DNA from: Raillietiella orientalis | Taxonomy: Eukaryota | Assembly (NCBI GenBank): GCA_036172245.1 | Contig: JAYWIR010000020.1 | Location: forward strand, 1 to 64,000 | Length of the DNA stretch: 64,000 nt | Reading direction: 5' to 3' | In this document: one piece after another, positions 38,100 through 51,900 of the stretch | How positions within the stretch are numbered: position 1 is the stretch's first letter | Layout of the letters: each line of letters starts with the position of its first letter | Position numbers and translations under genes: made by a program | The notes under the pieces: generated by a model | What the model saw: the letters and a program-made list of their open reading frames with translations, nothing else | Databases searched by the model: none | What the model was told of the DNA's origin: nothing

Positions 38100-41000
38100 A
38101 ACAGCTGCAGGTATGCGGATGAACGGGAAGAGTGGAATTTTTTAGAGTGACATCAGGAATTGTTGCGGATGATAGCAGTCACCCCGGTTTTTCGCATTTC
38201 CTGCTTGGGCCTCGTAAGAAGCGCGATCGGAGTTTTCTGTTCTCTGGAAGAACTTGCTCGAAACGAAAACTCCGATCCTGACATCTCCTCCACGTCCTGA
38301 AAGAGTACCATTCCGGATGGTGCTCTTGAAAGACTTGATTTCAACGATCTGCCAACGAGCGTGCGTTTTGCTTAATCCCAGGAAGGAAATACAAGGGCAT
38401 TGGCATCCTCTGTAGGAATTCTGGAACGCATCTTGAATCCAGAGAGGGATATCTGGTCTCTCCACACGAGAGGAGCTTCGTGTCCACGCAGGATGAAAGT
38501 TAGGCACTACGAACTCACAACGCAAACGACGCTCTGACCTCTTCCTACCCCTGTGATCCTGAGGCAAGAGGTGGCGTTGCTAGTGTTGCATTGGGAAATT
38601 CCATGCAGAGCACGCCTCTCTCACTGCACACGAGGAGGTGTGCATGCCCCCTGCGAAAGGTGCAGCCAGAAAGAGACTTTGCCGTATCTTCTGATGGGCC
38701 GAGCCGCCCTGCGACCCCTCTACGATAGTATGACGCCGATCCTAGACATCCCTGAAGGCGGCCTCAGGGACATTTTTGGGCGCCTCTTTATTGCCACCTG
38801 CCCCCGGCCCGCAGCCTCGGCAGTTCTCTGCTGCACTCGCGGAATCGTGGCGGCCTGGAACGCATCGAGAAGAAGCCAGGATGGCAAGGACGCCATCCAC
38901 CGGACACGGGTCTTTTTGAAGACCACGTCCCAATGGCCCCACCTGAGCAATGTGAGGACGCAACTTCTGGGTATCCCGAACAGGATTTGGAGGACCTCTC
39001 CCAGCGAACAGTGATCCCTTCCCCAAGAACATCTCTCCTACCCTTGTCGTACTTTTTGTTGGTTTTTTCCCTTCCCACTCGCTGTGGAAACGGACCTCGC
39101 CGGTCGGTAGACCATCGCGTCATGAACGAACCGCACGAACATTTCCTTGTACTTTTAATTTTCAATAAAACCCCATCAAATCCGGGTGGCAAACCCCTGC
39201 GGTCCTCTTTTGCGAGAGATGTGGACAGCTTGGAGACGAGTGAGCTGGTTGGAAACAGATTGCACACGTCCTCAGCTTCCTTGAGGTTTCCTCCGCGCGC
39301 TGCGTAAAGCGACGCCGCGACCGGAAGTGGTCTTCGGTCAAACCTCGAGACGAGTGTTTGCTGATGCCAGTGTCGAACTGTCGGAATGCAAGATGTGTAA
39401 GCTTCGTGGATGCATCGGCATCCATAATGGGCTCCTCCTTGACTCTTGCGTGCCCAGGTCCACCATCTCTTCTCGTGCGCGTCATTCGGGGTGACAACAA
39501 CAGAGATTTGAAGGATTCAGCTGTTGGAAGCTTCAAGAATGACAGCTCGGCATTGGCGGCGAGCTTCTGATTTGTGTCGTGGAACGAGAAGAGGCAACCC
39601 ACGAGGCTAGGAATCTGGATGAACTCGAGACGTTGCCATGCCAGTCGTTCCTTATCAAAGCCCCGCGCAGAGTCGCATGCTTTTTGTCACTTGGAAACTC
39701 AGCTGCACTGGTCTTGCAGCAGTAGTGGAGATGGCTCCAGAGACAGGACCTTGGAAATCCACAAAGGCAGCTGCAATAATGGGCAATCATGTCAGCTGTA
39801 CATCCACGAAAATCTACACGGACCATCTCTGAATCTCGAAGCACAACCCTCTGTATGAGGGAAAATTGCCTTGGCTCTGACAGCCTCGGGGAGAAGGTGG
39901 CGCCGCCAGTCTCCTATTGGGGGCTAGGGAGTGCGCCTCCATTTCGGTCTGCATCCTTACGCTGTCAGTCCACGTGGCTGCCTGGCTGCATCTCGTGAGG
40001 AGACCTGCCTGCTCCTGCAGTCTCCCCGAAGGTGTGTATACTTTTCTGCGTCTCTCCGTGGCCGCATAAGCTATCATCCGGTGGCACGTGCCATGCGTGG
40101 CAGCTGCAGGCTTCATTGGATGCTGCCCGTGCTTCGTCTCATGGAGTGAATCCTCGCAGTGGGACTCTGAAGCTTTGCCTCAGGCGATCAGGTGAACGGT
40201 AGTCCTTCGAGTTGCCAGACTGATCCTTCTTGTTCCGCGCCGAGTTCCGTGCCAACCTTTTGAGCAAATCCAGGTCCGCTGAACCGATCTCTTCTGGAAG
40301 ATGGCAGCTGATCTTCGGGCCATGCTTCAAGCTGATCACTGACTGTTCATCTCCTCCAGGGTGCATTTTCTGTATGTGATGCTGTAGCACACTATGAATA
40401 TCCTCAGGAGATCATGGAATTTTCAAATTTTGAAGTGTTGGATCGTTGCCTGGATCCCATGACTCTAGCAACCCATTGCGAATTGCTCGCGATCCCTTTG
40501 GAGGGCATAAGCGGAACAATGTCAGGCAGAGTTAGAAACATCCCAAGTCCAGAATTATGCCTCCGTCTCCTCCTCTTGACAGGAGGTCTCTATAGCTGTA
40601 GCCGCGAGCGGGCGTCTCATGCCTTTCAACCTCCGGAGCTGACATCCTATCTTAAGTGTGCCGCCGTTGAATCCATGGACGAGTATCCCCTTGCGAAGGA
40701 TCTAGTGTGCGCCCCTAGCCCTACGGAAAGTGCATCCTCTGGTGAACTTGTAAAGCTGGAAAAAGGGAAGGCTTGATTCATTATCGGCAGGTGAACAGAA
40801 GTTAACATGATTTATTTGTTACACTGGTCACATTTCCGTCTCTTAATGGAAAAGTTGTTGGTGCGTAATCAGTCTTACTGTATGTGGCAGTCCTTTGGGA
40901 CGAAAAGAGTTGGGAGCACAACTAGAAAGGGATGGTAGAGTGAAGAGAGGGGGGTCGATGAGTGGGCAAATAAACAAGAGTGACCTAAACCGGAGCCTCA

Positions 41001-44000
41001 CAGTGAACAGCATGAATCCTGAGCGACTGTGTTGAGCGAGAGCGGTAGGCAAGAGGGTGGAGTGCTGCGACGTGTCAGGGTCTGGTCTGTCTGCCATCCA
41101 CCCGAGTCTGCTTTCTAGCCCAACTCTTCGGGTGGTTCACTCGGTTTTTACAAGAGCGTTGGTAGATGCAGATGCCCACTGGAATTCGGGAGACGGGAGG
41201 GGTGATTTCCCGCGTACGAATAAAGAAAGAAAGAAAGAAAGAAAGGAATTTGGAAACGTGGGATTCGACAAAGAACCAAGCAGGCATGGAGGAGGAATGT
41301 GTGCAGAGATTCCAGTGTGGTCCTGGGCTCGTGCTCTCTTGACGAAAGCAGCCTGGTTTTTCGTTTTTTTTTCCCTGTGGGCATTCGCTCTTCCCGGATG
41401 CGAGAAACCTGTCTCGCTTTTACCGTGTGCATGGACGTTTCCGTGCTTTGCAGATGGGCCCAAAGGGCTCCTCCCGGTGTGCCAGACAGTTGGGACTTCC
41501 AGAAAGTGTTGAAAGCACTTCCAAGAAGTCCTTACGGGTCCAGGAAAGTCAGACAGACCGTGAGGATTGGTCAACCTTCCGCGAGTCTTTGGAATTTGCT
41601 TTCACGTCTCTCCCTGCACGAAAAAATAACGAGAACCTCTGATACCGCACCATGGAAACTCCGGGGGAAAACCCTCGTTCCCTGAGACATTACCCCGACC
41701 GCTTACCTCTCTGTTTATAACTGATCTCCTCCTTTCCTTTTTTTCCTTTTTCGGAAAAAGAAACGAAAAACAACTTCTGAAACTCCCCAACTCCTCTTCA
41801 CACTGCCATAGTTACCCAAAGCCATTCTTGGGAGTTCCTTCATCCACAGCATCCGAACCTTCCAGGAATACACCTGTGAAGCCTTTTCCTGTCGTATCTG
41901 GAAATGACATCACGTGCAGAAGATACGAAAAGCGAGACAGGTGTTCGCCATGTTCATCTGCAGGACCAGTTGGAGTCCTGCCATCTCGGTCCGGAGGAAA
42001 ACCTCGAAAAATATAAATCAACTCTGTGTTTACCTGGTCACATGCTCGAGAAGACTCAGAAGGGCGTGACTCTGGCATCATGCAGTGATCTTTCGGGAAT
42101 GCCGGATGCTTTCTTCTCCAGGGAGTCGAAGCGACTGGAAAGCTGATGCTGGTATCTGTGGGTGCCAGTTTCATAATCCCAACTACCTGGTGTGGTGGAG
42201 GAGGGGGAGTGAAGGATCGTCGAACTCCTTGATCCCAGCCCGGTTTTACTCCTGGTTTTCGGTCCCACCCACAGGGCGTCCCGCTGTTGCGAAGGGGAGC
42301 CAGAAAACCTCCATGCATCGGCGGCTGAGAGCTTGGGCTGCTCTCGTCGGCGAACCTCCCGTATACTCTTCCCTGAGCCGCTCTTCATCTCAGTGGTCCA
42401 ACCGTCCCCTCGTGACGTTGCCGAGCTCCTATCTATCGGGACGCACTCTCGGGTCTTCCGCTGACACTGGAGAAAAAGCACCTCGTCTCGGGATTACTCA
42501 GGAAGTACTTGGTGCAGGTTCGGGAGAAACAGCAGGAGCAAGTGCGAAGGAGATTCGGTGTGGGGTCGGATCCATTCACCCTCTCCACATGCGGCCAGCC
42601 AATCGGTGGGAAAAGTTCACCTCCAGAAGGGAAAAGGACGGGAAGACTTCGCAGGTGTCTCCCTGCAAGCAGCGGCCACTGGCCACCAGTTATGGAACCA
42701 GCTCTCTTCCCATGGTCTGGTGTGTCCTAGCTTTCCTTCTCCAAACCCCAGTCTCAGCCGTCTCAGCGACCGCGCGCGCTGCAGGCAACTCTAGAGAGAA
42801 TGCCCTTCCATCTCGCGGCAGACAGCCGAAGCTGCATTGCTCTTTCCCACTCACCGACACTCTGGGAAGCACGCGTTCTCTCGCTGCTCCCGAGGAATGT
42901 TCCGAGCTAACTTTGCGAGCGTTCCGTGCCGCTTTGGTCTTTCGATCCCGAGCAGCGGCGGCTCCCATCAATCTCCTCCCCACCTACCTACCACCTCATT
43001 CTCCCTCCTTCCCCGGGTGCGAACCACCGGCACGGGGACTCGCTTGAAAAGCGTATGCTCTCGATCTTTCCCTGACATTGCGACTGGTGACGTGCTCTTG
43101 CAGGGAGGAAGATATGGGAAGGAGGAGGAGGAGGAAGGAAGGAAACGAAGAGGACTCGACTGCCTCCGTGCTCCAGTTTCTCCACCGCTTCGCCGGCCGA
43201 TTCCCCGACTCCTGGTACGGACGGGGAGTTAGGAGTGGTTCTTCGCAGAACATCAGGTTCGATGCTGCTTCGCCTGGCGATCGATCGCTTCTGCATGGGG
43301 GAAGATAAAAGGGGAACCCGGAGAGAACAGCCGCAGGGGTCTCTCCCGCAGAAATTCCGAGAAGGTTGGGTCACCCGAGATTTGTTGGCGACGAGGAAGA
43401 CCGCTACGTCAAGATCCTCAGCAATCTCTCCCTGTTTCCTGGAGGTAATCCCTTCCACAACCCGTGTACCGTTGACGCCATCTACTCTGAAGTGTAGGAA
43501 CGTTCCCTCCTCCTATTTTGGGATTTTCGGTTTGGGGACACGAATGCCTGAAGCGCACCTCTAGAAAGACCAGCCCACGAACCCTGGATGGAGCTCCCTT
43601 CCCCCAGCTTCCCACAGATCTGAACCGACGATGAAGACGGAGACTGCGGAAGAGAAAAAGGGAGAAGGAGAGGGGGGGAAATTTGCAGTGGTCCGTCTTT
43701 GGATGGCGCCTGGAGATTCCCTCCTGTCGTTTCTGCCACTTACCGACGATGCTCCGAGGATGGATGGATGGAGGAGGGAGGGGGCAGGATGTGAGGTGAC
43801 AAGTGAGGACGCATCTGGGAGTTTCGTTTCCTCGAGGAACGTAACTGTTAAGGAGAAGGGAAAGCAGTTCCGTGGTGTCGAGAGCGGAAAGAAGGGACGA
43901 GGAACCGGGAAGGATGGCATGGGAGCTCGCTCTTTTCACGGCAAGTGCCCGAGGGAGCGGTCACGCCAGAACCGTGACAAGGTACGTCGTCCTTCCGACA

Positions 44001-47000
44001 TTCTCCACGCGCATTTCGACCTATGAGTGCGTAAAAACATCCGGATTTTCGTGATGGAAAGATGGGATCGGACAGGAAACCCCGGTTTCAAGTTGGTCCA
44101 TGAGGCTTCCAGGAAGACGGAGAGATGGAACCACTTGCATGTCTCCGTCATCCTGGAAGATACCCCGTCGTTTGCTCCCATCTCTGCTTCAGGGACTGTG
44201 GCGACCTTCTGGAAAGGAAGAAATGTCCGACCCCTGCAATTCTCGCCTACGGAAGAACATCCCGAGAGAAGGATCCTTGGTCTTCCATGTTCTCCCAGTT
44301 CTCACGAGGTTCGTGGAGTCCTTCATGGGGCCGTTGAGCAGGACAACAGTCTCCGACCAGCACCCCGGGGACATGGCACGGCCATCCTTGACACGGGGAG
44401 ATTATCCACCGACCATCAAAGAGCGATGGATCGCACCACCTCCGCATCACTGCATTTTCTCCGGGACAGAGAAGAGGACACAGGGAAGTCCACTTGCAGC
44501 TCAACGCTTCAGCCGTCGTCTTCCATCCCAAACTGCTGGTTTCCGACGACGCACAGATGAGTGCACTGACATGCAGACCACGTCCCATCTTGACCAAGGT
44601 CGTATAACCATACTCTTAGGTGGAAGGTAGGTCAGGTAGCAGAACCCATGTATGTGGAGCTTGTTGAGGAACTCCAGCGTCTCGGAGTCGACCTTCGTGC
44701 GCTGACGATGTTCTCTGGCGGAAAGGAGGTGGAATTACGCTGAACGAATGTGGCGTTGATCCACCACCTGCTGAAGTCGCCAGTATGTGCGAAGAGCAGG
44801 AAGGTATTCCCCACCCCAAAGGACAATCGATGGTGGTCCATCTGATGGGAATCACTATCGATGTATCCAAGGGCGCGGCGGTGTCCGAACTATCAAACTT
44901 CGACACTGTCCATGCAACATGGCTCTAAATAGCGCCGTGCCTTCCCTTGAAAATGTTCAGTGGACGACCGCAAAGCGCAGAACCGTGAAGAGCAGGTCGA
45001 TCATCCCCGGAGAACTACACACCGACTTGGAATCGTGGATATATAGTACGTGAGCAAGCCCCACTTTTTGTTCTCCTTAACCTACGCGTAAGATCATGGG
45101 ATATCTGGCGGACGTTTGTCCGAAAGTGAGGTGTACCCGCTAAGTTCAGCTGGGACACGCGCAAGCCACGTGGCCCTGATGGCGCGATCAAACGGGGTAG
45201 TAACACAAAACACCCCATCTTCCCCTATTGAGAAGAAACCCAGGAGCTTAACGGATTGCCCCGCTCAGGCAGCCCCAAGCGCCTTAAAAGGCAACATCTG
45301 AAAGTGGCGTATCCCTGTCTCCGGAAGGCGTGTAGGAGGGTACATCAGCCTAGGGCGAAAGCTGCATAAGGAGCGGGAAGATTGAATCCTCCCCGCGCCT
45401 TGTTCGAAAAGGTTGCACACAGATTCGACCGCTGTGTCCTCCAGGAAGTTTGGCAGAGGCTGGTTTCAGCGCTTCCGCACCTGACGACATTGCGAAGAAA
45501 TCGCTGTAGCGGCTCTAAGCGCTAGGAGGACATACGGCAGATGCTGCTATTGTGACGGGATGTTGCATCCTTGCCGTCCGCCTCACAGCCCGCCATGCGC
45601 CGGAATCTCGGGTGTGCGAGAAGGGAAGTCGTCCGCATAGCAGCTGTTTACATGAGGACGGCAGCAAGTTGGCCGCACCTGAAAGAAGAAGACAAGTCGG
45701 AGATCCCAGGCATTCTGCGCTGCACCTGAGAAGAATCTTTCCAAAAATACCGCCGAGGATGTGATACCCTCCAGCGGACAAGGTGACCACCAGGAATGAA
45801 ATCGTGCTCGCAGGCGGCAAATAAGGGGGCGATTGAGACCGTCCCACCTGCGCGCAACTCCCTCAGAGACGACGCTTTGGACACAAAGCGGAACCTCTCC
45901 TCAGCATCATGCTGTGCTCTGGAACCTGAAACAGTGATGCCCGACACCGAAAAGGTGCAACGGCGCGAAAAGGAAACGCGAGGCCGCGTTCCAGATCTTC
46001 CAGGAGGAAAGTGGACAGCAGTGAGGAATGTGAGACCCTCCAGCTCATCCTTGGAGGAAGCCTGAACATCCCACGTCCCGACTCTTTGCAGGAAGAGGAG
46101 GACGATGCTACTGGTGGGATGAATGACCGCGATGCAGCCAAGGACCCTGCAGCTGCTCCATCTCCGCGTGCAGCTGGGTGGCTCCCTTCCTCCCTCACGA
46201 GGAAAGAAGGGAACAAAAACGGCATATTTACAGGTGCGAGGAGGAGGATCAGCTTCATCGCTCATTACCACCATCTGCATGGCTGTGAAGAACACCAGCA
46301 ACGGCCTACGGAACGACTCAAAGAGGTGCGCACCCGCGGCGAAGCTGCCCAGCAGTTTCGAACTTCTGCTGCAGGAGAGGCGCGGTCTCCACAGAAATGA
46401 TAAGCAAGGTAGAACCATTCCCAGGAGGAGCCCTTGAGATGACACAACACGTACTCGTTGATGAAGGCCGTCGGGTCGGCCACCCTGACCGGTAGTCTGA
46501 CCCGATCGAGCGTTCCATCACAAACGTCACTGCCGCTTCCAACCCTATCCAAAGCGAGCAAACTTTCTGGAGGGCCTGGAGCAAGACGGCCGCAATGGAC
46601 GCGCTCCGGAATGCCTCACCCCATAGCAGGGTACTTCAGTGTCTATCCTTCTCGAAGACTTGGCGGCTCCGCCGCGCGATGTCGGCTTAGCCATCCTGAT
46701 TGCGGAGGAAATCGGATTGCAAGTGCCCAGCTCCTAACGCTGGCACTATATGCAAAGCCACAGCAGGATGATCCGTGCGCCTACACGCATCATCCTGCGG
46801 TAATGAGCCGGAAGCAAGGACTCCTCATGCACTGCCGGGCACACACTGCAGGATGCGGTGATTCGGCTTCCCTCTGCAGCAACTCGCCTCTCTACTGGAA
46901 GTCTAGCCGTGGATCTCCTGCCTTCCAACGAATTACAATGCTTGGCGTCGAGTGGGTTGAGTCCTGCACCGTATTCCAGGGAATGCGTCCTCAAGATCTT

Positions 47001-47050
47001 TACCCTGTGCGGCATCTGCTAACATGACCGTTGGAGGTGGTGATACAGGA
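38100..47050 (-). mobile_element. large degenerate BEL/Pao LTR retrotransposon (gag-PR-RT-RH-IN), interrupted
   Basis: Collinear motifs on the - strand: gag knuckle SCSVCPAVH...MMRVGAR...LCI*C..GHLQSD (about 46.7-46.9 kb); ETVVLLNGP...LGMFFRRRELQG and SSWKP (44.1-44.35 kb); RT-like PHQVV/SRFDSLEK/IFFEVFLRTEM (42.0-42.2 kb); QSFRVPLRGFTP and WTDS (40.0-40.2 kb); TADMIAH..SCLWSH (39.75 kb); RGPFPQRVGREKTNKKY (39.1 kb). Confidence 0.65.
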
Positions 47051-47789
47051 CGCAACGAAGTGGTCCAGCCTGGCCGCAACATCCCTTGCCGCTCCACTGT
47101 CTGACCTCAGAGCAAGAGATGACAGTAGCCTACTGGCGAGGTGGGAGTTTCCTGTGCCATCGCGAGAAAAACGAAACTCCTTAATGACTAGAAGACGCGC
47201 GAGCTGGTGGATGCTGCCACTCCGCGTGCTTTGGCGACGGGACTCCTTCGGTGGAGCGAACTGTCCCCTGGACACCACCAGGGGAATGTCTTCGACAGTT
47301 CCTTCCTTTTCCGGGAGGGCTCTCGGCAAGCGCCGTAGTCGCAAGCATGGGCTGCCACCGATCCATCGGCGCGGCCTGGAATGTGATCGAGACGACCATG
47401 CAGCGAAGGGAGGTCACCGGATTGCCAGCCGCCTACACGAGGGCGGCTGCAAGGCGGACTCACCTGGAAGAAGAAGGGAAGGCGGAGATCGCCGGCGTCC
47501 AGATTCGGTTTTGAAGTGAAGGAACGTCCCGCGCGGTTGACGCTTGTCAACAACCTCCTTTTATTTATCTCTTCTTTTTATTTTTTTCTCATTCCCCATT
47601 TCCCTTCGCTCGGTAGCATCCCTGCTTTTTTTCGTTCTTATTTCAGTGCACAGGGAGCGAACTCGAAGATCCCTGCCTCTCTCCACAGCATTTATATATT
47701 CGAATTTCTGTTGTCTCCTCATCCCCTCTCCCGTTCCGGACGTTTCGTTATCGCGGTCTGCGTGACGATGAACCCTTCCGTTGAGCGTT

Positions 47790-47878
47790 TTTTGTCTTCG
47801 GTTGGAAACAGAGTTCCCAACTGGTTTATCTAAAATTTTTCATCCAATAAACACCCCGGCGTGATCGGGTCCGTCACA
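47790..47878 (+). repeat. diverged copy of the 9975-10046 segment, resembling an LTR or retroelement 3' end
   Basis: GTTGGAAACAGAGTTCCCAACTGGTTTAT...CAATAAACACCCCGGCGTGATCGGGT versus GCTGGAAACAACTGTTTCCAGCTCGTTTATATCAATAAACGTCCCGGCGTGACCGGGT. Ends in ...GTCACA. Confidence 0.55.
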
Positions 47879-48479
47879 CTTCAGTGTCCGCTCGCTCCCA
47901 GACACTTCCCGTGTCTGCGCTAAAAAGCCAGCAGTTTCTGTGCAGAGACGCACATCACGATCCTGTCGGCAGAGAAACCTGGAATGCTGGACACCGTCGA
48001 CATCATGCTTCTCCGCGATTAACACTGTACAAGGGTGTGATGACGAAGACGAACGCCGTCCACCTTGTCGGATCATCCCTGGATCGAGTTTGATGACGTT
48101 CCTTGCGGAAAGGACCCCGAGACGAAGATCCGGAGAGTGCCCGACGGCAGAATCAGACATCCGGAAGCCCAATATGCTCCTCCATTAACACAGTCAAGGA
48201 CTGGGATCGGCTTAAGAATTCCGTGCGCCCCTTCTGTGAGAAGCACCCATTGCTTTCCCTACTGGCAGCTTTCTCCGAGGGATAAGCGCGCAGAAAAGCT
48301 TCCCTACAGGCTCTCAAGCTCGCTGGGCACGCCGCCCTCGTTTGACAGATAAACGTGCCGGTGGGGTGCAGCAGGCCTCCTACACGCTGAAGGCCAAGTA
48401 TGCTCCTCACCGAAACACGATCGAAGCATATGTGTCGGTTTGACTCCCAACGGCATGCCAGGACGCTTCCTGACCAGGA

Positions 48480-51400
48480 CTAAGCTACGGAGCTGCTCGA
48501 GGCGACCACGCGCAGGTTGGCGGGGAGGCTTCTAGCCGGTTTAATGAACCCTTCACGACCAGCGATATCATTGCCTCTATGAAGAGCAAAACTGACCCGT
48601 GTTGCGCCAATTAGCGTTGCTGATCCGGGAAAAAGGCAAAGTTCCGACATCCTTCGGGTAGGCCAGGGTCCGTCTCCTACCCAGGAAGAGGGAACCACGC
48701 TGCTGACTGAGCAATTGGCGCTCCTCCTCGCTCGAAGGCACTCAGGTCAATTTGCTCTCCGGGGTGCGGAGGACACTTGTGAATGGGTAGGTGGCGGGAT
48801 CCATGGCTGCTTCGAAAAGGAGCGCGGGCCACGCGGCAGGTCCACGCGTGAATCCACCTGGCAAAGCAGAACTGGCCATCGCGGTAGACCATCAAAAAGT
48901 TTTTGCTTGCGCCGCCGGTCAGCACATCCTTCCCCAGCTGCTGGAGTAGTTTGGCCTTCCAGTCATCCTCCTCAGCCACATCTCGCATGCTGTGGCTCAA
49001 AGAGAAGATTTCGATCCCTTTCAGCGGCCTACTGTTCGAAGGCATGCAAGTCAGACAAGGATGAACGCCCGAGAACGACACTTTTCACACTGTTCCCTGA
49101 ACGGGTGCTGAGCGCGTGCAGGCACGCTCCAGCCCTTCTCTGGTCCAGCTCCCGTAACGCGCCTGGTGGAGCAGGCCGTGCAGACGACTGGATCCTCCCG
49201 TTGTCGGGACGGGTTGCAGAAAACGTGCTCGAGGCGTACTTCGGGTTTCATCTGCAGGGATGCCGGCGTGCAGGTGAACGGGTAGAAGTCGAAAATCGCG
49301 GCTTTTGTCGCAGCGATGGAAGCGAACTGGTCTCCATTGGGAATTGCCGTGGGAGGGTCCCTAAATTACCTGGAGGTACCCATGGATTCGCTCAAAGCGA
49401 GGGAGGTCCGTCCCGCCTGCTGGGAAAGCGAGCTACGTGCCCAAACCCTTTTTAGCGACAGCGAGCCTTTGCATCCCGAGAGGTTAGCAGAGCAGCGAGG
49501 AGCATTTTCGTCTTGCCCCTTTTCCGGTCCCTTTTTTTTGTGTTATCTCGGAGAGCGTTGGGTGCGATTTCAAGCCACCAGCATATCTTATGAGTAAGAA
49601 TCTGAGGCTGTGGCCAGTTCTTAGGGGGTGTTGAAAGACGCGGATCCCCCACGCAAAGACGCAGGACCGAACATATCCGCCAAACGGATGCAGATGAAAG
49701 CATCGCTCTGCAGGTCGGCCTTGACGGCACGGATGCGTAACGCTCACGGGTATTTCCTTTCGCGCATTCTCCCGAAGAATGCAGGAAGCTGCAAAGGATG
49801 AGCAAACAGCCCCTCACGCAAGCGCTCGCCGGTCACTCACTTTGCCCGGTTGCTTCGCTAAACGGAGGAACACGAGAGAGGCCATCCTGCCTCCAACTAC
49901 ACAGGAATGCTTGGCGGCAGGGAACCCTGGTGTATGCGGGTGAAAAGTCCAACCCTCCCGAACAGCAACGACATCAGATGTCGGGACGGACCCACCTTGC
50001 AGGGATAATACTCGGCGATGTTAGCTCTACTCCTCAGAGCTTATCGTGTGTTCATTGAGGATGTCATGCGTTCATTACTTCATCGTTAGGAACAGGAGGA
50101 AGGGAATGCTCCTTCAATGTGAGAGGTCACCTGCCGTATCTCCGAAATTAAAAAACCCATTGTCCAGCGGAAAACTCGCCCAGCAAACCTCTCGCAAGGA
50201 ACAGTCTCAAGAGAACAGCTACCAGATAGTTCAGTTCGTTTTTCTCCAGCTCACACCGTTCCCACGACCAGTTTGCACGTTGGCATCTCTGCAAAGCTCC
50301 ACCGGAGCTCCCTCTGGCTCCGTCCTCGCCTTCGTTGATGGCAATGGCACGGCTGCCCCCGCTGCCAGCAATCCCATCTCTCAGTGAGCTACCCATTGAC
50401 TCGGACAAATCGACCAGTTCTGTTGCCACTGTCAGGAAAGCGTACGAGCGGTTCTTTCCGGGAAGCAGTGCCTCCTCATCGGGTTAGCGCCTGCAGGAAA
50501 ATGGACTCTTGCAAGAGTAAACAGGAGTTGCGCTCTGTCCATTACGCAGCCGGGGATTCGAAAGAGCAGCCCGTAGGCTTCGGGATTTGATTGTGACTCG
50601 GAAGTGGTTTCGTCTTTTCCCCTTGGAAACTTCTTGCGCCGTTCCAGACCTCCGAAGCTTCGACGCCATCGCAGATCCTCTTGAACACTTGCGCTTATTC
50701 TGGCAGAATCAACTGCTTCACACTCTTCTGTCTCTGGAACACCCTGAAGGAGCAGGTGCAGTGCACTGCAGTGAGACGTTTGGCTCCTGCTGCTCGGTGA
50801 CCTCCCTCGGAAAAGCGGAAGCCGACGTACAATCCGAGCATCCTTCTAATAACTCGCTACTTCTTCCGTTGCAAGATGGAGCCCAGACTTTACTTAGGCG
50901 TCGCGAAACCTGGAACTTGTGGAGGGGGACACCTGGCTGGGTGGAGCTCAAAGGACCTCATTCTGCAGCTACCGTATCCACGACGCCCTTGCTTGTCAGA
51001 CATTGGGAGTCGGAGGCAGGCCCCGCCACAGCACTTGGGGCTGCTTGCGAGCGTTCTGGATGAAGCGCAGTAACGGGAACTCTGAAGGAGTGCAAAAGCG
51101 TCTCCACTGTCTGGTTTCTGGCCCAGTGCGTATCTTCATGCTCCTCCACTGACCGCCATTTGATTGTCCACATCCTTTGCTATTTTGTGTGTTATTCATC
51201 AATGCATTCATTCTATTCCTCTCTTAACGTGCATTCTACTCTTGAAGCAATCTTGCTTGAAGTCTTTAAAACATTCCTTTTTACCAGGCATTGGAGTGTT
51301 CTTCTGTTCGGATCTGCGCATGCGGTGTACTTGATGGACATTTGTAGAAGACCGATCCTGTACGACTAAAGAGGCCGTTTCCCTGCTATTCGATGTTCTC

Positions 51401-51900
51401 GAACCCCATCTCGTTTTTTGTTTTTTTTTTTGTTCTTCCTTCTGTTCCACTCTTAGAAGTTTATTGGGAACAGATCGAAGACATCCCAGTTTCTTCTGGA
51501 AATCCAGGGGTGTTTCCCGGTACGAATTCGCCGCAGGAAGTCGCGATACCCTTTCTGGCCAGCACGCCGAACCTGTGGGAGGAAACATCACTTTCTGGTG
51601 ACGTAGGACGGTCACGGCATAAGGCAAAAACGTGCTTGCAGAACTCATACCGTCCCAGCGAAGCCAGACATTTGGCCACTCAATCAGGGAGGCCACGTGC
51701 CTGGCTGACACCCGGATTGCGTGTTTTCGATCAGAGTGGCCAGATGCGATCCCAAGGAGCACATGGTCCTCTTTGTGATCTCTTCTGGCCTTTGGCTACT
51801 TTCTCACCAGAGGGGGGCACCCAATTCTTCAGCACTACAAGTTCATCCATGTGCCCGTGACAGCCTTGTGAATACACGAGGAAGACCTCGGCAACCAATG
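48480..51900 (-). mobile_element. second degenerate BEL/Pao element (RT end, RH/peptidase A17 region, integrase, DUF5641-like end)
   Basis: VWLRWD (VLG..WD), SASAFPREVTE (KSRVAP...T.P), GYVRSCVF, YLQVI/RDPPT (HLE.V.DLST), SNSRPL (LNSRPL) and WPTRRMSELCLFPG (WPLGRI.EL.PG) occur in the correct order on the - strand. Confidence 0.6.

Noticed and set aside
38984..39170. CAG|GA TTT GGA as the missing K2P exon 3 (GFG filter)
   Set aside because: The downstream peptide (GPLPANSDPFPK...) lacks the P.T..G...TM2 pattern, and the site lies inside a BEL/Pao integrase relic.
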